Source: Marsupella aquatica (taxonomy: Eukaryota; Plantae; Marchantiophyta). Taken from it: a DNA stretch of 64,000 nucleotides. The translations under genes and the position numbers were made by a program. Below the pieces are notes generated by a model. It ran no database searches. It saw only the letters and a program-made list of their open reading frames with translations, and was not told the DNA's origin. Position 1 is the first letter of the stretch; the number at the start of each line of letters is the position of its first letter. Shown piece by piece: positions 36,182 to 49,676 of the stretch. The stretch is taken from the NCBI GenBank assembly GCA_973895155.1, contig OZ316897.1:3628211-3692210 (forward strand), given 5' to 3'.

Positions 36182-37847
36182 ATGGTGAAGCACAACAATG
36201 TCGTCCCCAACGGGCATTTCAAAAAGGACTGGCAGAACTATGTGAAGACATGGTTCAACCAGCCGGCGCGCAAAAAGAGAAGAAGAGCTGGTATGCGCAA
36301 CCTCCTTTACTTGTAACGTCACGTTGTCTGATTCAGTTTTCATAAGGGAGTCGTTCGTCCGTAAATCGTCTGGAATGTTGGACGCACTTAGATGAATTCA
36401 ATATGTCGTTCTGACTGAGAAAGGGACGAGAGAGAGTGGGAACGATGTTTTTGGCTCAAACCTTGCAGGAAACAACATTTTCTTCAAGCTTAAGGGATCC
36501 CAATGAACCAGGATTATGACTTTGTAAGAGGATTGGCAAAGCTAAATTAACGGGGTGTTGTTGTCAGCTTTCTCGCTTTGGGAGGTGACAATTTACTGCT
36601 GTTGTGATCAATCTCATGAGCTGGATTGTAATGCCCTTGTGTAGTTCGTCAGAAGAAGGCAGTGGCAATTTTCCCTCGCCCAACTGCTGGACCACTTCGC
36701 CCAGTCGTTCGCTCGCAGACGCAGAGATATAACGGCAAGATCCGTGCTGGTCGTGGCTTCACCCTTGAAGAATTGAAGGTGAGAGGCCCATAATATCTTC
36801 CCAACTATGGCTAGACGCTGGAGGTCCACCACTCTTGTCTTCATCTTACTAACAAGCTTATCCAATTTCCAGTTAATGTAGCTAGTCCGTTTGTTACCGT
36901 TCGGCATAATTTTTTTCCGAGTACTTTCGGCCGAAGTGATCTCAAAGCGAGTCAATCTATTCAGTCTTTGGTCACCTGGCGAGGCTCTGATACTTGCACC
37001 AGTCGTCTTACCCAGCTATATCTGAAGCCTTGATGAACGTCGTGGTATACTGCAGGCAGCAGGAATTTCGAAGAAGTTGGCTCCTACCGTAGGAATTGCA
37101 GTGGATCATCGCAGGAAGAACAGGAGCTTGGAGAGCTTGCAAGAGAACGTTGCCAGGCTGAACACTTACAAGGCCAAACTGATCGTCTTCCCAAGGAGGT
37201 CTCGCAAGGTTAAGGTGAGTGGTCTACCATTGCAGATGCGTATGATTCGTCGATCAGAATTGTGAATTGTGAATTAAAGGATTAGGGTTTGATCTTCGTC
37301 GTTCGTGCAAAGATGTGAACTTCCTCTGTTGCCTTTGGATACCGTGCCACTATGTCGCACTAGAGCGCTGTTCCATTAGGCCCCGAAATAGCCTCGGGGC
37401 ATGTAGTCTCAATTTCCATGTTAGGTTTCATTGTGAAGTTTCGGACGGGTGTGATCCTCTGTATAGAGCTCCGATTATTTTAGGCTACAAATTGATGGGC
37501 AATTCCGGGCTATTGGAACTGCGCTCTTTGGGTTTTCTTTTCTTGTTGAGTTTTGGTGGAGTTGGGCTTTGGATTGTGTACAAGTCACGAGCTAAATTGT
37601 CGTATTTTATCGTGTTGTCCTACAGTCTGGTGATTCTACTCCTGAGGAATTGGCATCAGCCATGCAAGTGCAAGGACCTGTCCTTCCCATTGTTCGTGCC
37701 AAGCCTGTCGTTGATCTGGTTGCTGTGACCGATGAATTGAAGAGTAACAAGGCTTACTATAAGCTCCGAATGGAACGAGTGAATGCTAAGTTGGTAGGCG
37801 TCCGAAAGAAGAAGGCTGCTGAGGCTGAGAAGGACGAGAAGAAATAA
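36182..37847 (+). CDS. RPL13: Cytosolic 60S ribosomal protein L13 (eL13), 4 exons: 36182-36290, 36645-36778, 37056-37214, 37626-37847
   Basis: [31 protein letters not shown]...[10 protein letters not shown]...[23 protein letters not shown]...AEAEKDEKK*, with canonical GT-AG introns in phase. Confidence 0.97.
37282..37290 (-). promoter_or_regulatory. Telo-box (AAACCCTAA) in RPL13 intron 3; related TTAGGGTTA upstream at ~36008
   Basis: Exact motif match. Telo-boxes are enriched at plant translation genes, but function here is untested. Confidence 0.4.
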
Positions 37848-38608
37848 ATTCGCTTTAGCTTATGTATTTCTGGGGAGTGGAGCGTCCCCAAGTTTTCTAG
37901 ATATGAGTTGTAATGCGGCACGCCATTCCTTATTTCGCCTTCTTATCGTCCACCGCGATGTGTCATTGTGCATTCTGGCATTGATGTGATATCTGAGTTT
38001 TTGACCGACTCTTGAAGGCTGTAACAAATTATCTAGCTGGGCGTAGTTTTGCTTTTACTCGAGTGAAGCTATCACTTCTATGCCCTTTAGTTTACACTCT
38101 TCCCCATCGCCATGAAAAGTTTGCCATGTTTGACTGCGGCGTGAACGCTGGACAAGTGTTCTACTTGTCTCATTTGGTTGTTGTCAAAGTTCCTGAATCA
38201 ATCACATTATCTTGACGTTTTAGGGTATGATTCATGCTCATCTCTAGAAGGGGAGTGTTTTTTGAAGGGCCAGTCTATGGGCTGCGTCAAATCTGTCTTA
38301 TGAATCTTTTATCAACCAACATGCAAGCTAGGGTTTATAACCGCAGGAATATTGCGTTCTGCAAAAGAGTTAATGTTTTCGTTCTGAACCGCCTGCACCA
38401 GAGATTAGGTTGTCATTGAATTATTTGGAAGAAACCCAGTTTTGATATTTCTCTGGTTCCAGAACTTCAGCATGGACTAATGTCACTTCTAACTGCGAAG
38501 TGTCCTGAGTCGCGACACTCACAAAAAACACTACGCACTTTTGTCATCGAAACTTGACTTGGATACTATGTCCTCATGCTTCACTTGATTCATTTATGAG
38601 AGCAGAAC

Positions 38609-38825
38609 TGTGTGGCATGTGAGATACGTACCTCGAAAGCTTATGCAGGTATGCCATCTTGCACACAAAATGTGTGGCATGTTAGATATGTACCTCGAAA
38701 ATCGATGAAGACACTAGCTCTCGAGCTTAGAAAACGTGTGGCATGTGAGTTAAATACCTCGAAAGTCCACGCAGATACTATTCTCGACGATTAAAAGTTT
38801 GTGGCACATGAGATATGTACCTTGT
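38609..38825. repeat. Degenerate tandem repeat, four copies with a ~63-bp period
   Basis: TGTGGCATGTGAGATA.GTACCTCGAAA at ~38611, 38673, 38737 and 38800. Confidence 0.85.
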
Positions 38826-40150
38826 ATGATGTGAGTGCACGAAGTACAGAATTCCGAAAGGGATGTCGTGGTATCTGTGTGGCTTATCGTCTCATCGAGT
38901 AATCTCTGTCCGTAACCTTGTTGCTTTTATATCTCTCTAAGAGTACCCAAAATGTTTCATTCGGACAGTTTTCAGATATCGTTGGATTGCCGTACCCGAT
39001 CATACTCAGTGGACTCCTCTATTGGAGGTAGTATCTCGGCTAGTGCAAGGAATTGGTGCCGACCGAATGATCCGCATGTTTTCTCTAATTATTGTGCCAG
39101 CGTGCCACATCTGCACGTCCCGGAGGAGGATATCTACGGATATTGACCAAGGAGGAATTTTACAAACGACGATCAGGAAGGTGCACGGGCAATCGGCTGT
39201 GATTAATGTCAACACTCACAGTTACCGGAAGCAATCAGCATCAGCTCCAATCAAGATGTTGCAAACGAGGACGTACTGTACACTACGCAGTTACAGCGCC
39301 GATTTACTATTAATTGAAGTAGTGAAGTTTGATTCAATTTCGATGAACTGCGTTCGAGATACCCAGACTCCAAAAATGAGTTCAAGAAAGTTCATTCACC
39401 TTGTCCCTAAGTGACTAGAAGATAAGCATACCAAACAATGGATAGCCTTACGGGAAAGGGAAATTTCAGCAGTTTCGGAGGCTCCCAGTAACATTTCCAT
39501 GCTGATCAATTTCTTTTAGCCAGGTTTAAATATCCTTGCTTCTTTAGACCATTCAAACAATTGTGTAGTCTCCAAGGGATGAGAAATTTGCGCATGCCGA
39601 AGAACAAAATCTGTGAGTGTTGCAACGTTGCAACAACCACACACACAGCTGTCGACAATTCAATTTTGATGAATTCCTTCCATCCAAAAAATTGTTGCTA
39701 ATTCAATTTCGATCATTTCTTCAAGCCCACCGATACTCAGCTAAAAATTAACTCTGACCTGTGCACACTTTGAGTTGCCAATGTAAACTAATTTAAATAG
39801 AGGAAAAATCAAACCTGCCAGCTAAGCAGGGTCGAGCAATTTACCACCCACAGTACGATCCGAACCACCCATTCAATGCATGTTTCAGATCTCGGTGTGG
39901 GTTTTGCTCTTGAACACTAACAGGAGTGGCTTGGTTTCCGCCTCAACTGCATCATTCAGAGTTCAATCTCATCTTAGAGACATTGAACAAAAGCTCTGCC
40001 AGTTGTTCTTGCCTGGTAGTATCAGACAAGGAACAGCCGACACCGTAGGTGTCACATCTTGCAGACTCGAAGACTAACAGTAACATGTGTATTTGTAGAG
40101 CCCAATGTGAACCTGGAGTCCACGCGAGTACAGACCAACCAGACACTTGC

Positions 40151-43100
40151 TCAAGCAGCAGCCGCCGTCTGATTTTTGCTCGAAATTTGTGCCTGAATAT
40201 GTTGAGGAACAACTTCAAACTTCGAGAGCTGCATGGTGTACTGGGCACGGCCCTTGGTCATACTCCGAAGATTGCTAACGTACTGGAACATTTCTGAAAG
40301 TGGGACTACAGCATCCACAACCTGCAATGACTTCGACATGTTAAGTTCCTTTCAAGTAGAAAGTAACAACAATGACTACTACGCAGTTAGACTGACAAAA
40401 CATCAACAGAACAACCAGAACCCTCAAATGAATGAGAACTATTCTTGGAAATTTCTACACGCACGCCAAGTCGATTTCGACCCCAACTCTGAACACATTG
40501 TGATTGAATAAAGGCTGGTAGAAATTTTACCTTCATTCCGCCGGGCTTATCTCCAAAGCTTTCAATTTGACCTCTCCGAGAGTTAAGGTCACCAATAACA
40601 TCACCCATGTGATCCTCTGGAGTAACAACCTCTACCTGCATGATAGGCTCGAGTAATCTCGGACCAGCTTTAGCCATGCCATCCCTGAATGCACCGCGGG
40701 CGGCCAGCTGGAAAGCCAGTACACTGGAGTCAACGTCATGGTATGCTCCATCAACAAGAACTGCACGCACATCCACGACTGGATACCCAGCCAAGATACC
40801 ATTGCTCATACACTCTTCCAAACCCTTCACAACACCGGGGACGTACTCCCTTGGCACCGTACCACCCTTGATCTCACTCTTGAATTCATAGCCTGTGCCT
40901 GGTTCCAACGGTTCAAAGCGAACCACCACCTCAGCAAACTGCCCTTGACCTCCTGATTGTTTCTTGTGAACATATTTCACCTCTGCAATCTTCGAAATAC
41001 TCTCCCTGTAGTTCACCTGTGGGGCACCCACATTGGCCTCAACCTGCAGCAACCCAGAATTAACAAGGTTAGGGTAAGGAAGGGTTGTTCAGCTACTTTG
41101 GTAACAGCTCCTTACAACTGTAGCGCTACAGGCCCCAAGAAATTCTCATGTACAACGCGGAGACTAATAAATGACACCTGAAGTATTCCTAAATCGGCAA
41201 AAGGCACACAGACGGTAAATCTCTATATATAATAGAACTCTACACAAGACGACTTCACCAACCGATATCGAGTATGCATGACTCTGACCATAAAGACATC
41301 ATTTTTGACACCAACAAGGCTAGCTTGGATGATGCATTAGAGGACAATATCCTCCAGGTAGAAAGTAGATAACCATAACTATTAACATTCGACGTCTAGT
41401 TGTTCACTCACAGCCAATCGTAAAGGTCAGTGATCAAGAAACAGTTAAGATAGTAGTAGAAACTCTTACGAAAGGAAACAGAATAAGAACAGTACCTTGA
41501 ATTCCCTCTTCAATCGATCCACGATGATCTCTAGATGAAGTTCACCCATTCCCTCAATGACAGTCTGGTTGGTCTCCTCGTCCCTGGAGAAGTGGAACGA
41601 AGGATCCTCCTGGGCCAACTTAATGAGTCCGTTAGACATCTTGTCCACATCTGCCTTAGTCTTTGGTTCGATGGCAACCTTAATGACAGGGTCAGGGAAG
41701 TCCATACGCTCCAGCACTACAGCCTTCTCTGTATCAGAGAGAGTCTCTCCAGTAATGGTGTCCTTCAAACCAGCAAGTGCAACAATGTCTCCAGTTCTTG
41801 CCACCTTGACATCCTCCCTGCTGTTGGCGTGCATCTCTAGAAGCCGGCCTACACGCTCCTTCTTACCTTTGTTAGCATTCAACACATATGTCCCCGCAGA
41901 AACGGTCCCACTGTAGATACGGACAAAGGTCAGCGAACCTACAAAAGGGTCAGTCATGATCTTGAAAGCCAAGCCAGAGAATGGCTCCTCGTCACTTGGG
42001 CCCCTGATTATGGAGATGGATGGGTCGTCAGCATCACTACCATTCATTGGTGGAAGGTCCAGTGGAGAAGGAAGATAGGCAATCACAGCATCCAACAGAG
42101 GCTGGACGCCCTTGTTCTTGAAGGCTGATCCACACATGATGGGGACAAATTTCAGGCCGATTGTTCCCTCCCTAATCAACCTATTGAGAGTCTCTTCATT
42201 CGGCTCCTCTCCTTCCAGGTATGCTTCCATGGCAATGTCATCTAGTTCAACAACTGTCTCAACAAGCTGCGAGCGATAATCGGCTGCTTGCTCAGCCAGG
42301 TTTTCCGGAATGTCCACATATTCAAACCTTGCGCCGAGTTCTTCACCATTCCAGACTACGGCCTGCATTTTCACAAGGTCTACGACTCCCTTAAATGTCT
42401 CCTCGCTCCCAATAGGGAGTTGTAGAACGAGGGGCTTGGCACCCAAGTTACTGATGATCATATCAATGGTTCTGAAAAAGTTGGCACCCAGTCGATCCAT
42501 CTTGTTCACAAAACAGATTCGAGGCACACCATACTTATCTGCCTGTCTCCACACGGTCTCGGACTGGGGCTCCACCCCTGCGACACTGTCGAACAAACAG
42601 ATAGCACCATCCAAAACCCTCAATGCTCTCTCCACCTCCAAGGTGAAATCCACATGGCCAGGTGTGTCGATAATGTTAATTCGGTGGTCCTTCCACTTGG
42701 CGGTCGTTGCAGCAGACGTGATGGTAATTCCTCTTTCCTGCTCCTGCTCCATCCAATCCATGGTGGCCGTTCCCTCGTGCACTTCTCCAATCTTGTAGTT
42801 TCTTCCAGTGTAGAAGAGAATGCGCTCCGTTGTGGTGGTTTTCCCTGCATCTATGTGCGCCATGATTCCAATGTTGCGGTACCTGTCCAGAGGAACTTCC
42901 CTCTTCTCACCTGCAAGGATGACAAAGTACATTCCTTCCATCATGTCATTAAAAACACAACCAAAATACTCAACTGACCCTAAACCCCAACTAACGGATT
43001 CACCCCAGCACAAATAATTCGCAATTTTCTTTGATCACACAACCATAATCCTGGACATACCCAAAACCCCCACTAAACCTTTCCAAGAGTGTCAGAATTG

Positions 43101-43527
43101 AGGGTGGTTGGAAAAACAAAAACCAATTCTCAGCAGCAGATATCAGAAGAAAGCAAGAATTACAAGGCCACAACAGGAAATCTTAGCCAATATTCCTCCA
43201 GCTGGTCAATTCACATTCGATTGAATTGCTGGAGGAGAGGAGCGTACCGTCGGCAGCCATGCATACGACTCCTCTTCTGCCAGTCCTGGGCGCATTCACT
43301 TTCTGGAGCAAACCATTTCGCCGGAGGACAGATTCGGCAACAGCAACAGAGGCCGACGACGACCCAGGGACTCCTTTCACGGATTTGAGGCCAGCAAACG
43401 ACGCCATGGCGGTGGTGGATGATGTCGTCCCTCTCTTCACCTGCCCATTTCCCGATCGACTCGAAGTGGGTTGTCCCACGGCTGCCCCCACTCCCAGCCC
43501 AGCGGTTTGCGCCATCGCAGAAGCCAT
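40151..43527 (-). CDS. fusA: Chloroplast translation elongation factor G (cpEF-G, SCO1-like), 4 exons: 43527-43248, 42910-41496, 41043-40531, 40321-40151
   Basis: Ser/Ala/Arg-rich transit-peptide exon, then [62 protein letters not shown] and LRSMTKGRA. Splice sites are canonical and in phase. Confidence 0.97.
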
Positions 43528-44304
43528 GCCCGAGCTGCTGAGGGACCAAATGATACCAAAATTGCAACCCTGCACTGCTCTGCTCTGCTTCTCTCGGCTG
43601 TTTCTCGTGCTGCTACTGTATGCTAAGCCTCAGCCCCATCAGGCACATTCCCCTGGTTTCCTCTCTCTTCGTGCATCTAAGATCTGCCTCGTCCAGCTAC
43701 CGAAGTACAGGACACTTTGTTTTCTCTGCTCTCTGCTTTGATTACTGTGTGATGGGTGAAGGGCGGACGGGGGCAGTACACGAGTGACGAGATTGCACTG
43801 TAGAGGGAGATGGATGGATAGAACGATACCGTCCATTAAATTAGATGGATAGAATGGAAGAGCTACGAGATTGGGTCCCACGGAGCCTGTTCTTCCTGTT
43901 TGGGAAAAGGAGTGTGGGAAAGAGATGTGAGTAATAAAGGAAACTAGTTACCCCTTCCTAGAACATAAATAAAGTTGAAAGGGCAGGAAAAAAAGAAAGG
44001 ATTCTATGCTATTTTTAGTTCATCTTTGCCCCCATCTATGTTTCTTGTCTCCACCCTCACTTTCTGCCCTTAGTTGGACTCTTTCTGGCATCCATGTTTC
44101 TTGTCTCCACCCTCACTTTCAGTTCTAACCTTGGTTAGAGTCATGGTGTAGAGGCTTCACTCTAGACACTAGACCAAGGAGTAGCTTTAGATTCCGCTTT
44201 ACTAGTTAAGATGTTTTATTGTCATAAATGTTTTTACTCATGTGTGTGAGTTGTTCAATTTTCCTAGACCTAAGGGAAACAGTTAGATTTGGTGACTATG
44301 CTAA

Positions 44305-44842
44305 GGGGCACTTTACAAGACGTCGGGGGCCGTTCGCTTCCTTTTCTACCAAAGCTGAGCCAGCAGCAGTTTCACATGCTAAAAACAGTATACCGGGGCT
44401 AATAGAGAATTTAGAAGACTTTTATTGCCCCCGACGTCTTGTAAAGGGAACTCTGGCCAGTGTAGCTAGAATCATTGACTAGAAGACAAACTTGGGACCC
44501 ACTCCACCTGAATCTTTGGCTAATGCTGGCTAATCTTTGGCTAATGCTGGTTCCTGTGGGTCCGCATTTATTGAAAACTGCCCATAATAGGAATGGACCA
44601 AGCGGCCGGATGAAGGGACCTCCAACGGAGGTGGTCTAAAATTCTGGACAAAAAAGAGCTCCATGTCAGCAAAAGTTGGGCCCCACTGAAGTCCATGTAG
44701 GATCGGCAGAATCAATGAGCAAAACTGCCCCCGACGTTTTCTAAAGTGAACTCCAGCACTATCTCCCCAATGGATGGCCCGGATTGGATCTTGGATGTCA
44801 GAAAAGTGAAGGAACTGCCCCCGACGTCTTGTAAAGCCACCC
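44305..44842. mobile_element. Tourist/PIF-Harbinger-like MITE, 538 bp, with internal copies of its right TIR
   Basis: TIRs GGGGCACTTTACAAGACGTCGGGGGC and GCCCCCGACGTCTTGTAAAGCCACCC, with TAA on both flanks. Extra right-arm copies start at 44427 and 44727. Confidence 0.8.
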
Positions 44843-46209
44843 TAAACCTCAACTCCAGCAAGCACTTTCGGCTATTGTTCGCTTGTGTAGGGAAGAACAA
44901 TTCATAACAGTTGGAGGATGTGTGGCAGGTGACAAGTTTGGTGCAAGAGGCATGGTACTGCCTTTTTCAGAGCCCCACCAGGTTATGATTTAAGAACAAA
45001 AGGTAGTCTTGTGACTAATTAATGTGGATCAGCATTGATTAACCCATAAGTAGCTTTTAACTCACTATAAACTCATGTAACTTAAAGCAATGTATCATAA
45101 GAAGACTCTGGTATGAAAGCTTTTGATGCACTACCATGTGCTGTCACCCCAAACAAGTACGATTTGCGGTTGCAGCGAATTGAGGAGAAGAACAAGCCTC
45201 TTGCAGACTACATTCAAAGGACAGCAGACCCAAGTATTACCCGTGTGGCATACTTCCTATCCAAAAGGTTTTGTTGATTGGTTCACTCTCCTCAATTGAA
45301 CATTACAATGCTTCTGCCTTCCCATGAAGCTCTCGTTGTACTAAGTGTTGCCAGCTGTAATTTACTCGGGTAATTTATTGGGTCACATGTTGTTGTGGGT
45401 GGGGACATGAAAACCTTGTAGCAAGGAGAGAGCGTAATAGGGCATTGAAACCTCAACATCAGGAAGTCACATTGAACATATCATACTTCGGATTTCATAA
45501 TTTATGGTGAATTATTTTGAAAAGCGGGAGTTGGGTCAAAGCATAGCAACCCCATTCCTAGGTAACATCGTTGCCATTTGAATGAGGTCAAAGAGAAGGC
45601 ATCACTTTTTGACTGCCCATCCTTCCCTTGCAGCTGAGGTAAGAATCACTGACAACAAAAATAGACAAGCATAGTGCAACTTGAGCCACAGCGGTTGTGC
45701 ACTTGCAGTGAATTCCAAGACACTTTTCTGCCTTGTTTACATGCCTGGCAAGCACCAAGTCGTCTACAAAAATGTCACTGTAACTATTTCTCTCCCTACT
45801 ACAGCATTGAGACATATAAAAAAATCAAACCTATGAAACTCATATGCTTGGCTGAGAGAAGGACTCATTCTAGACCATAGGTGTGGTCCTCCATTGAATA
45901 AGAGTCACAAGGGTCACCCTACAGAGCGATTAAGGATACACTTTGATGATGAGAAGGTCTGCATGTTATCAAGGAAGTGAGGGATTTATGGAACCCCAGG
46001 CCATGATTGTTTAGGGGTTAACCTAGTAAAAAGCTGAAACCAGATTCCCACTAGTAGGTTCATCAAACCAAATGAATGGCAGTATCCAAGTTCTGCCATT
46101 TTCTTGTGTCAGAAATTTGATGAAATAATTATATATTCTCCTTCAATCACTAGAAATCATTCTTGGTAGCCTGATGGTGAGAGCCATCAGCCTGGATGGG
46201 AAATTGTGA

Positions 46210-46537
46210 GGGGTGCAAGGTGGTGCCCTTAGGACGCAAATGCAGGGGACAACTAGGGGGTGAAAGGGAAGATTTGACTGAGTGAAAGTGTGCAATTGCA
46301 ATACTAGGGACTCAGGACCCACCTTTAGAACTACAGTAGGTCATATACGCCCTCACCCTCCTATGCCCAAATTTCCCATCCAATAGGAGGGTGAGGGTGT
46401 ATATGACCTACTGTAGTTCTAAAGGTGGGTCCTGAGTCCCTAGCATTGCAATTGCACACTTTCACTCAGTCAAATCTTCCCTTTCACCCCATAGTTGTCC
46501 CCTGCATTAGCGTCCTAAGGGCACCACCTTGCACCCC
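46210..46537. repeat. Near-perfect long inverted repeat: 155-bp arms, 18-nt spacer
   Basis: 46210-46364 is the reverse complement of 46383-46537, with four mismatches counted by eye. Confidence 0.97.
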
Positions 46538-46823
46538 AACCTTTTCTAGGTTCCATGGAAGTGCTTCTGAAGTGGGAGTCTGACACTCCCATTCCCAATG
46601 GGAAGCCTAGGTTCCATGGCAGACCCAGTACCTGCCATTCCATCCATCTAACCATCTATCTTCTAGTGACACTATTTGGGTGTGGAAAATGTTTTGGAAA
46701 ACAGAAAATTGTGGACAATAACATAGGCAAAGAATACATTCAATCAAGAGAGTCTCACTAAAAAATTACATTCACATTAATAATTCATTCAGAATATATA
46801 TTTTAGTGGAATCATGTCATTAA

Positions 46824-47469
46824 AGCCCCCATGGACACAGATGTTTTCATACACTACCCGGATGGACACATTGGATTTACAGTGTCACAACAAGGTGGTT
46901 TGACACCTAAAATGTATTACCGGTCTCTCATTAGCGGAACTTAACCTGGGATTGGAGAACTAAACGTTGGTTTAGTGTTTGAAATGTTTTTCCATCCTTT
47001 CTGCAACCCACTATCTGTTGATAGTGTTTCAGGGTTCTGCTATGAGAAGCAAAAGGAATGCTTCCTGTCTTCAGCTTGGCAGGGGCGTCGTCAAGATTGA
47101 ATGTTGGATGCAACTTCCACATAAAGACATTTGGTCACATTCATAGCGCGACGGGTGCTGGCAATCATTGCGCAAAGGCTGCTGAATGCAGACATTGAAA
47201 GAACCCTAGAAATGTTCCTTAGCTTGGAGCGCTTAATCTCAATGAAGCCCTGTGCCCATTGTTGCAGGATGGAAAACTGGAGTCAGGACAGACTACCGGG
47301 AAAACCAACCGAAAACCGACTGGTCCCGATCACAACACTTGTTACAGGTCACTTTTGCCAAAAAATGGATAGTGTGCTATACGGGCAAAATTCCAAGTTT
47401 CTGTTGTGTCCATTCAGGTTGTGTAAGTCCATCCGACCATTTTTGAAAACGTTTGTGTCCATGGGGGCT
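46824..47469. mobile_element. Non-autonomous TIR element, ~646 bp
   Basis: TIRs AGCCCCCATGGACACAGATGTTTTCA and TGAAAACGTTTGTGTCCATGGGGGCT, with TTAA on both flanks. A solo right end (GTCCATGGGGGCTTTA) lies at ~63055-63070. Confidence 0.85.
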
Positions 47470-47769
47470 TTAAGTTAGTGAATCATTGATTCTAGAGTTA
47501 TATAATTACTGTTGTTTAAGCTGAAACACTTCTATCCTCATATATTATATTCACTATTCTGTACTAATACCAACTACAGGTGGTTTTACAAAATGTTGGG
47601 GGCACTCGCAACACCGGAGGGCCACTTCTTCTTCCAAGTTATACTCCAGACCAATTTTTTTGATATGAGCTTCAAATGCAAATCCCTTCAGCAAATGAGC
47701 CAAAGTTCACAAAATGTTTGGTGGTCCAAAACTGTAGACACAATTAACCCTCCACATCATATAATTAGG

Positions 47770-48200
47770 TCCAACCCTTGCCATGTACACTAGTATAGGT
47801 AGACACCATACCCAAATGGGACCCAGTTTTATTGTAGAGCCAACTGCAGGTATTCCCTATCATTATTTGATCCACATTTGATCTCATAAGGAACACAAAG
47901 AAGGCAATGGCCCTATACTTGGACCCATTCCTTTGCCATGTAGACTAGGGTTGGTAGACACCATACCTGAATGGGCCATAGAATTAGTCTACAGCCAACT
48001 GCAGCCATTTCCACACATTATATGGGTCATGGGTGACATATAATCTAAAACAATTTTAAAAGACGACATTGGGCCCAACATCAGCATATACTTGGGGCCA
48101 TTCCTTGCCAGTAGGATAGGTAGACACCGTACCTGAATGGGTCCCAGTGTCCTTGCAAAGCCAACTGTAGCTGTTTCCACACATTATATGGTCCAGATTC
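47770..48200. repeat. Degenerate tandem repeat, three copies with a ~160-bp period
   Basis: TTGCCA...GGTAGACACC.TACC..AATGGG...GCCAACTG.AG at ~47779, 47933 and 48105. Confidence 0.75.
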
Positions 48201-48481
48201 AGAGGGAATGAAAAAAAGATAATGGGCCCTACTGGGTGTAAAGCCAAACATGAGGTAAACAATGTAATGTACATTCCCTCTTGTTAAGGGTTTTACCACT
48301 TATGTACTCTTCAAACCAATTAGTGTTACTTAGTGAAGCAACTTGTTGGTTACAATCATGAGTTAGTGTTACCTAATAAAGCGAATACATGCATTTTGAA
48401 CAACCATGTTATTGCCCAATGGAAAGAAGGTGGGTGCTCCAGGTTACGCGTGAAATCCTTGGTACAAGCGGACATGAATTA

Positions 48482-48862
48482 GGGGGGCTTTACAAGAACT
48501 TGAGGGCGCGAATAGTCTACATTCTCCCATTAGAAACATGAGGTTTATTGCATACACAGTTAAAATGCCTGAACCAAAAAGTGTCAGGTGTGGAGAAAAT
48601 AAATGGAGGATCCAGAATAGAAATGGACCAAGCAGTCCATTATCTCAAGAGGTGGTCTAGTTTTGGATAAAATAGTCAGCAAAGAAAGGACCCATGAGGG
48701 GCCCACTAGCAAGTTACTAGGAGCAGTAATGGTTGTGCCATATTGTGCCCCCACTTTCATATAAAGTGAAGTCTGGCCTGTTCCCACATTTGAATGGCTA
48801 CAATTGCATTTCAGACATAGGAAAAAAAGAAGGCTGGCTTCTGAGTTCTTTGTAAAGCCCCC
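48482..48862. mobile_element. MITE related to the 44305 family
   Basis: Inverted termini GGGGGGCTTTACAAGAACT and AGTTCTTTGTAAAGCCCCC, with TA on both flanks. Confidence 0.7.
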
Positions 48863-49676
48863 TAGTGTAGAGCCCTATTCCCCTTTGATTTCCCTTTTGC
48901 ACTAATTGGATGCTAACACTAATATTTTATATCCTGCTATTTTCTTCACACTTGAAGCCAAACTCAAATATCATCCAAGTTCAGATTTAACTTTTTTTAA
49001 GAAGAGACAAGTAAAGTACAAATCTCAAAATGTGTGATGGGCATTCTCTTTAGTAAAGTTAAGAGGTATACAAAGAGAATATACTTGTAAAGAAGTCAGG
49101 CAAGATGCAAGGGACTTTTTGTAAAATACCTCTATTTTTTCCAAGAAGGCGGATGGTGCATCCAATACTTTTGTGCGCATCAACTAATTACATCACTAAT
49201 TAGATTTGTAAAGTACCCCGAATCTCCCTTGTTCCCAACACGACTTTCACACTCAAAGTAATTAGATAACTATTGTAATAAGATGCTAACACTAATGGCA
49301 GTATGTAAAGTGCCCCTAATTTCCCTTGTATGTAACACTAATTACTTGAGTAGATTCCTTTCCCCCTTTGCCCAACAGTAATTTCACACTTCGACTAATT
49401 AGATGCTATCAGTAATGGCAGTATGTAAAGTGCCCCTAGTGGCCTAGTTGCTCCTTCTTGACATTTTGGTTTCATTTCATTTCCATGTTTTGGTGGTTCA
49501 CCTTGATCCCCTCTCGGCCTTAAACTGTTTTGGGGGGTGTTCTTGGGCCCTGTGTGGCTTTTGGCACCTTGACGTTTGGTGATGTGTGCCTTCGCCCTAT
49601 GGCCCGGTGGTTGTGTGCAGCGATGGTGGTTTGAAATTCATTGGTGCACAGTCACATTTTCAAATTAAAAGTGTCC

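Noticed and set aside
36291-37625. Intronic snoRNAs in RPL13
   Set aside because: I found no convincing C box (RTGATGA) and D box (CTGA) pair with a terminal stem, and no H/ACA layout.
41535-43017. Plus-strand ORFs opposite EF-G, and similar antisense ORFs over KEA, the hydrolase and the PC-esterase
   Set aside because: These are shadow ORFs produced by codon bias of the real genes.
40151-43527. Bacterial fusA as contamination or recent HGT
   Set aside because: It has three spliceosomal introns and a transit-peptide exon, so it is the normal nuclear-encoded plastid EF-G.
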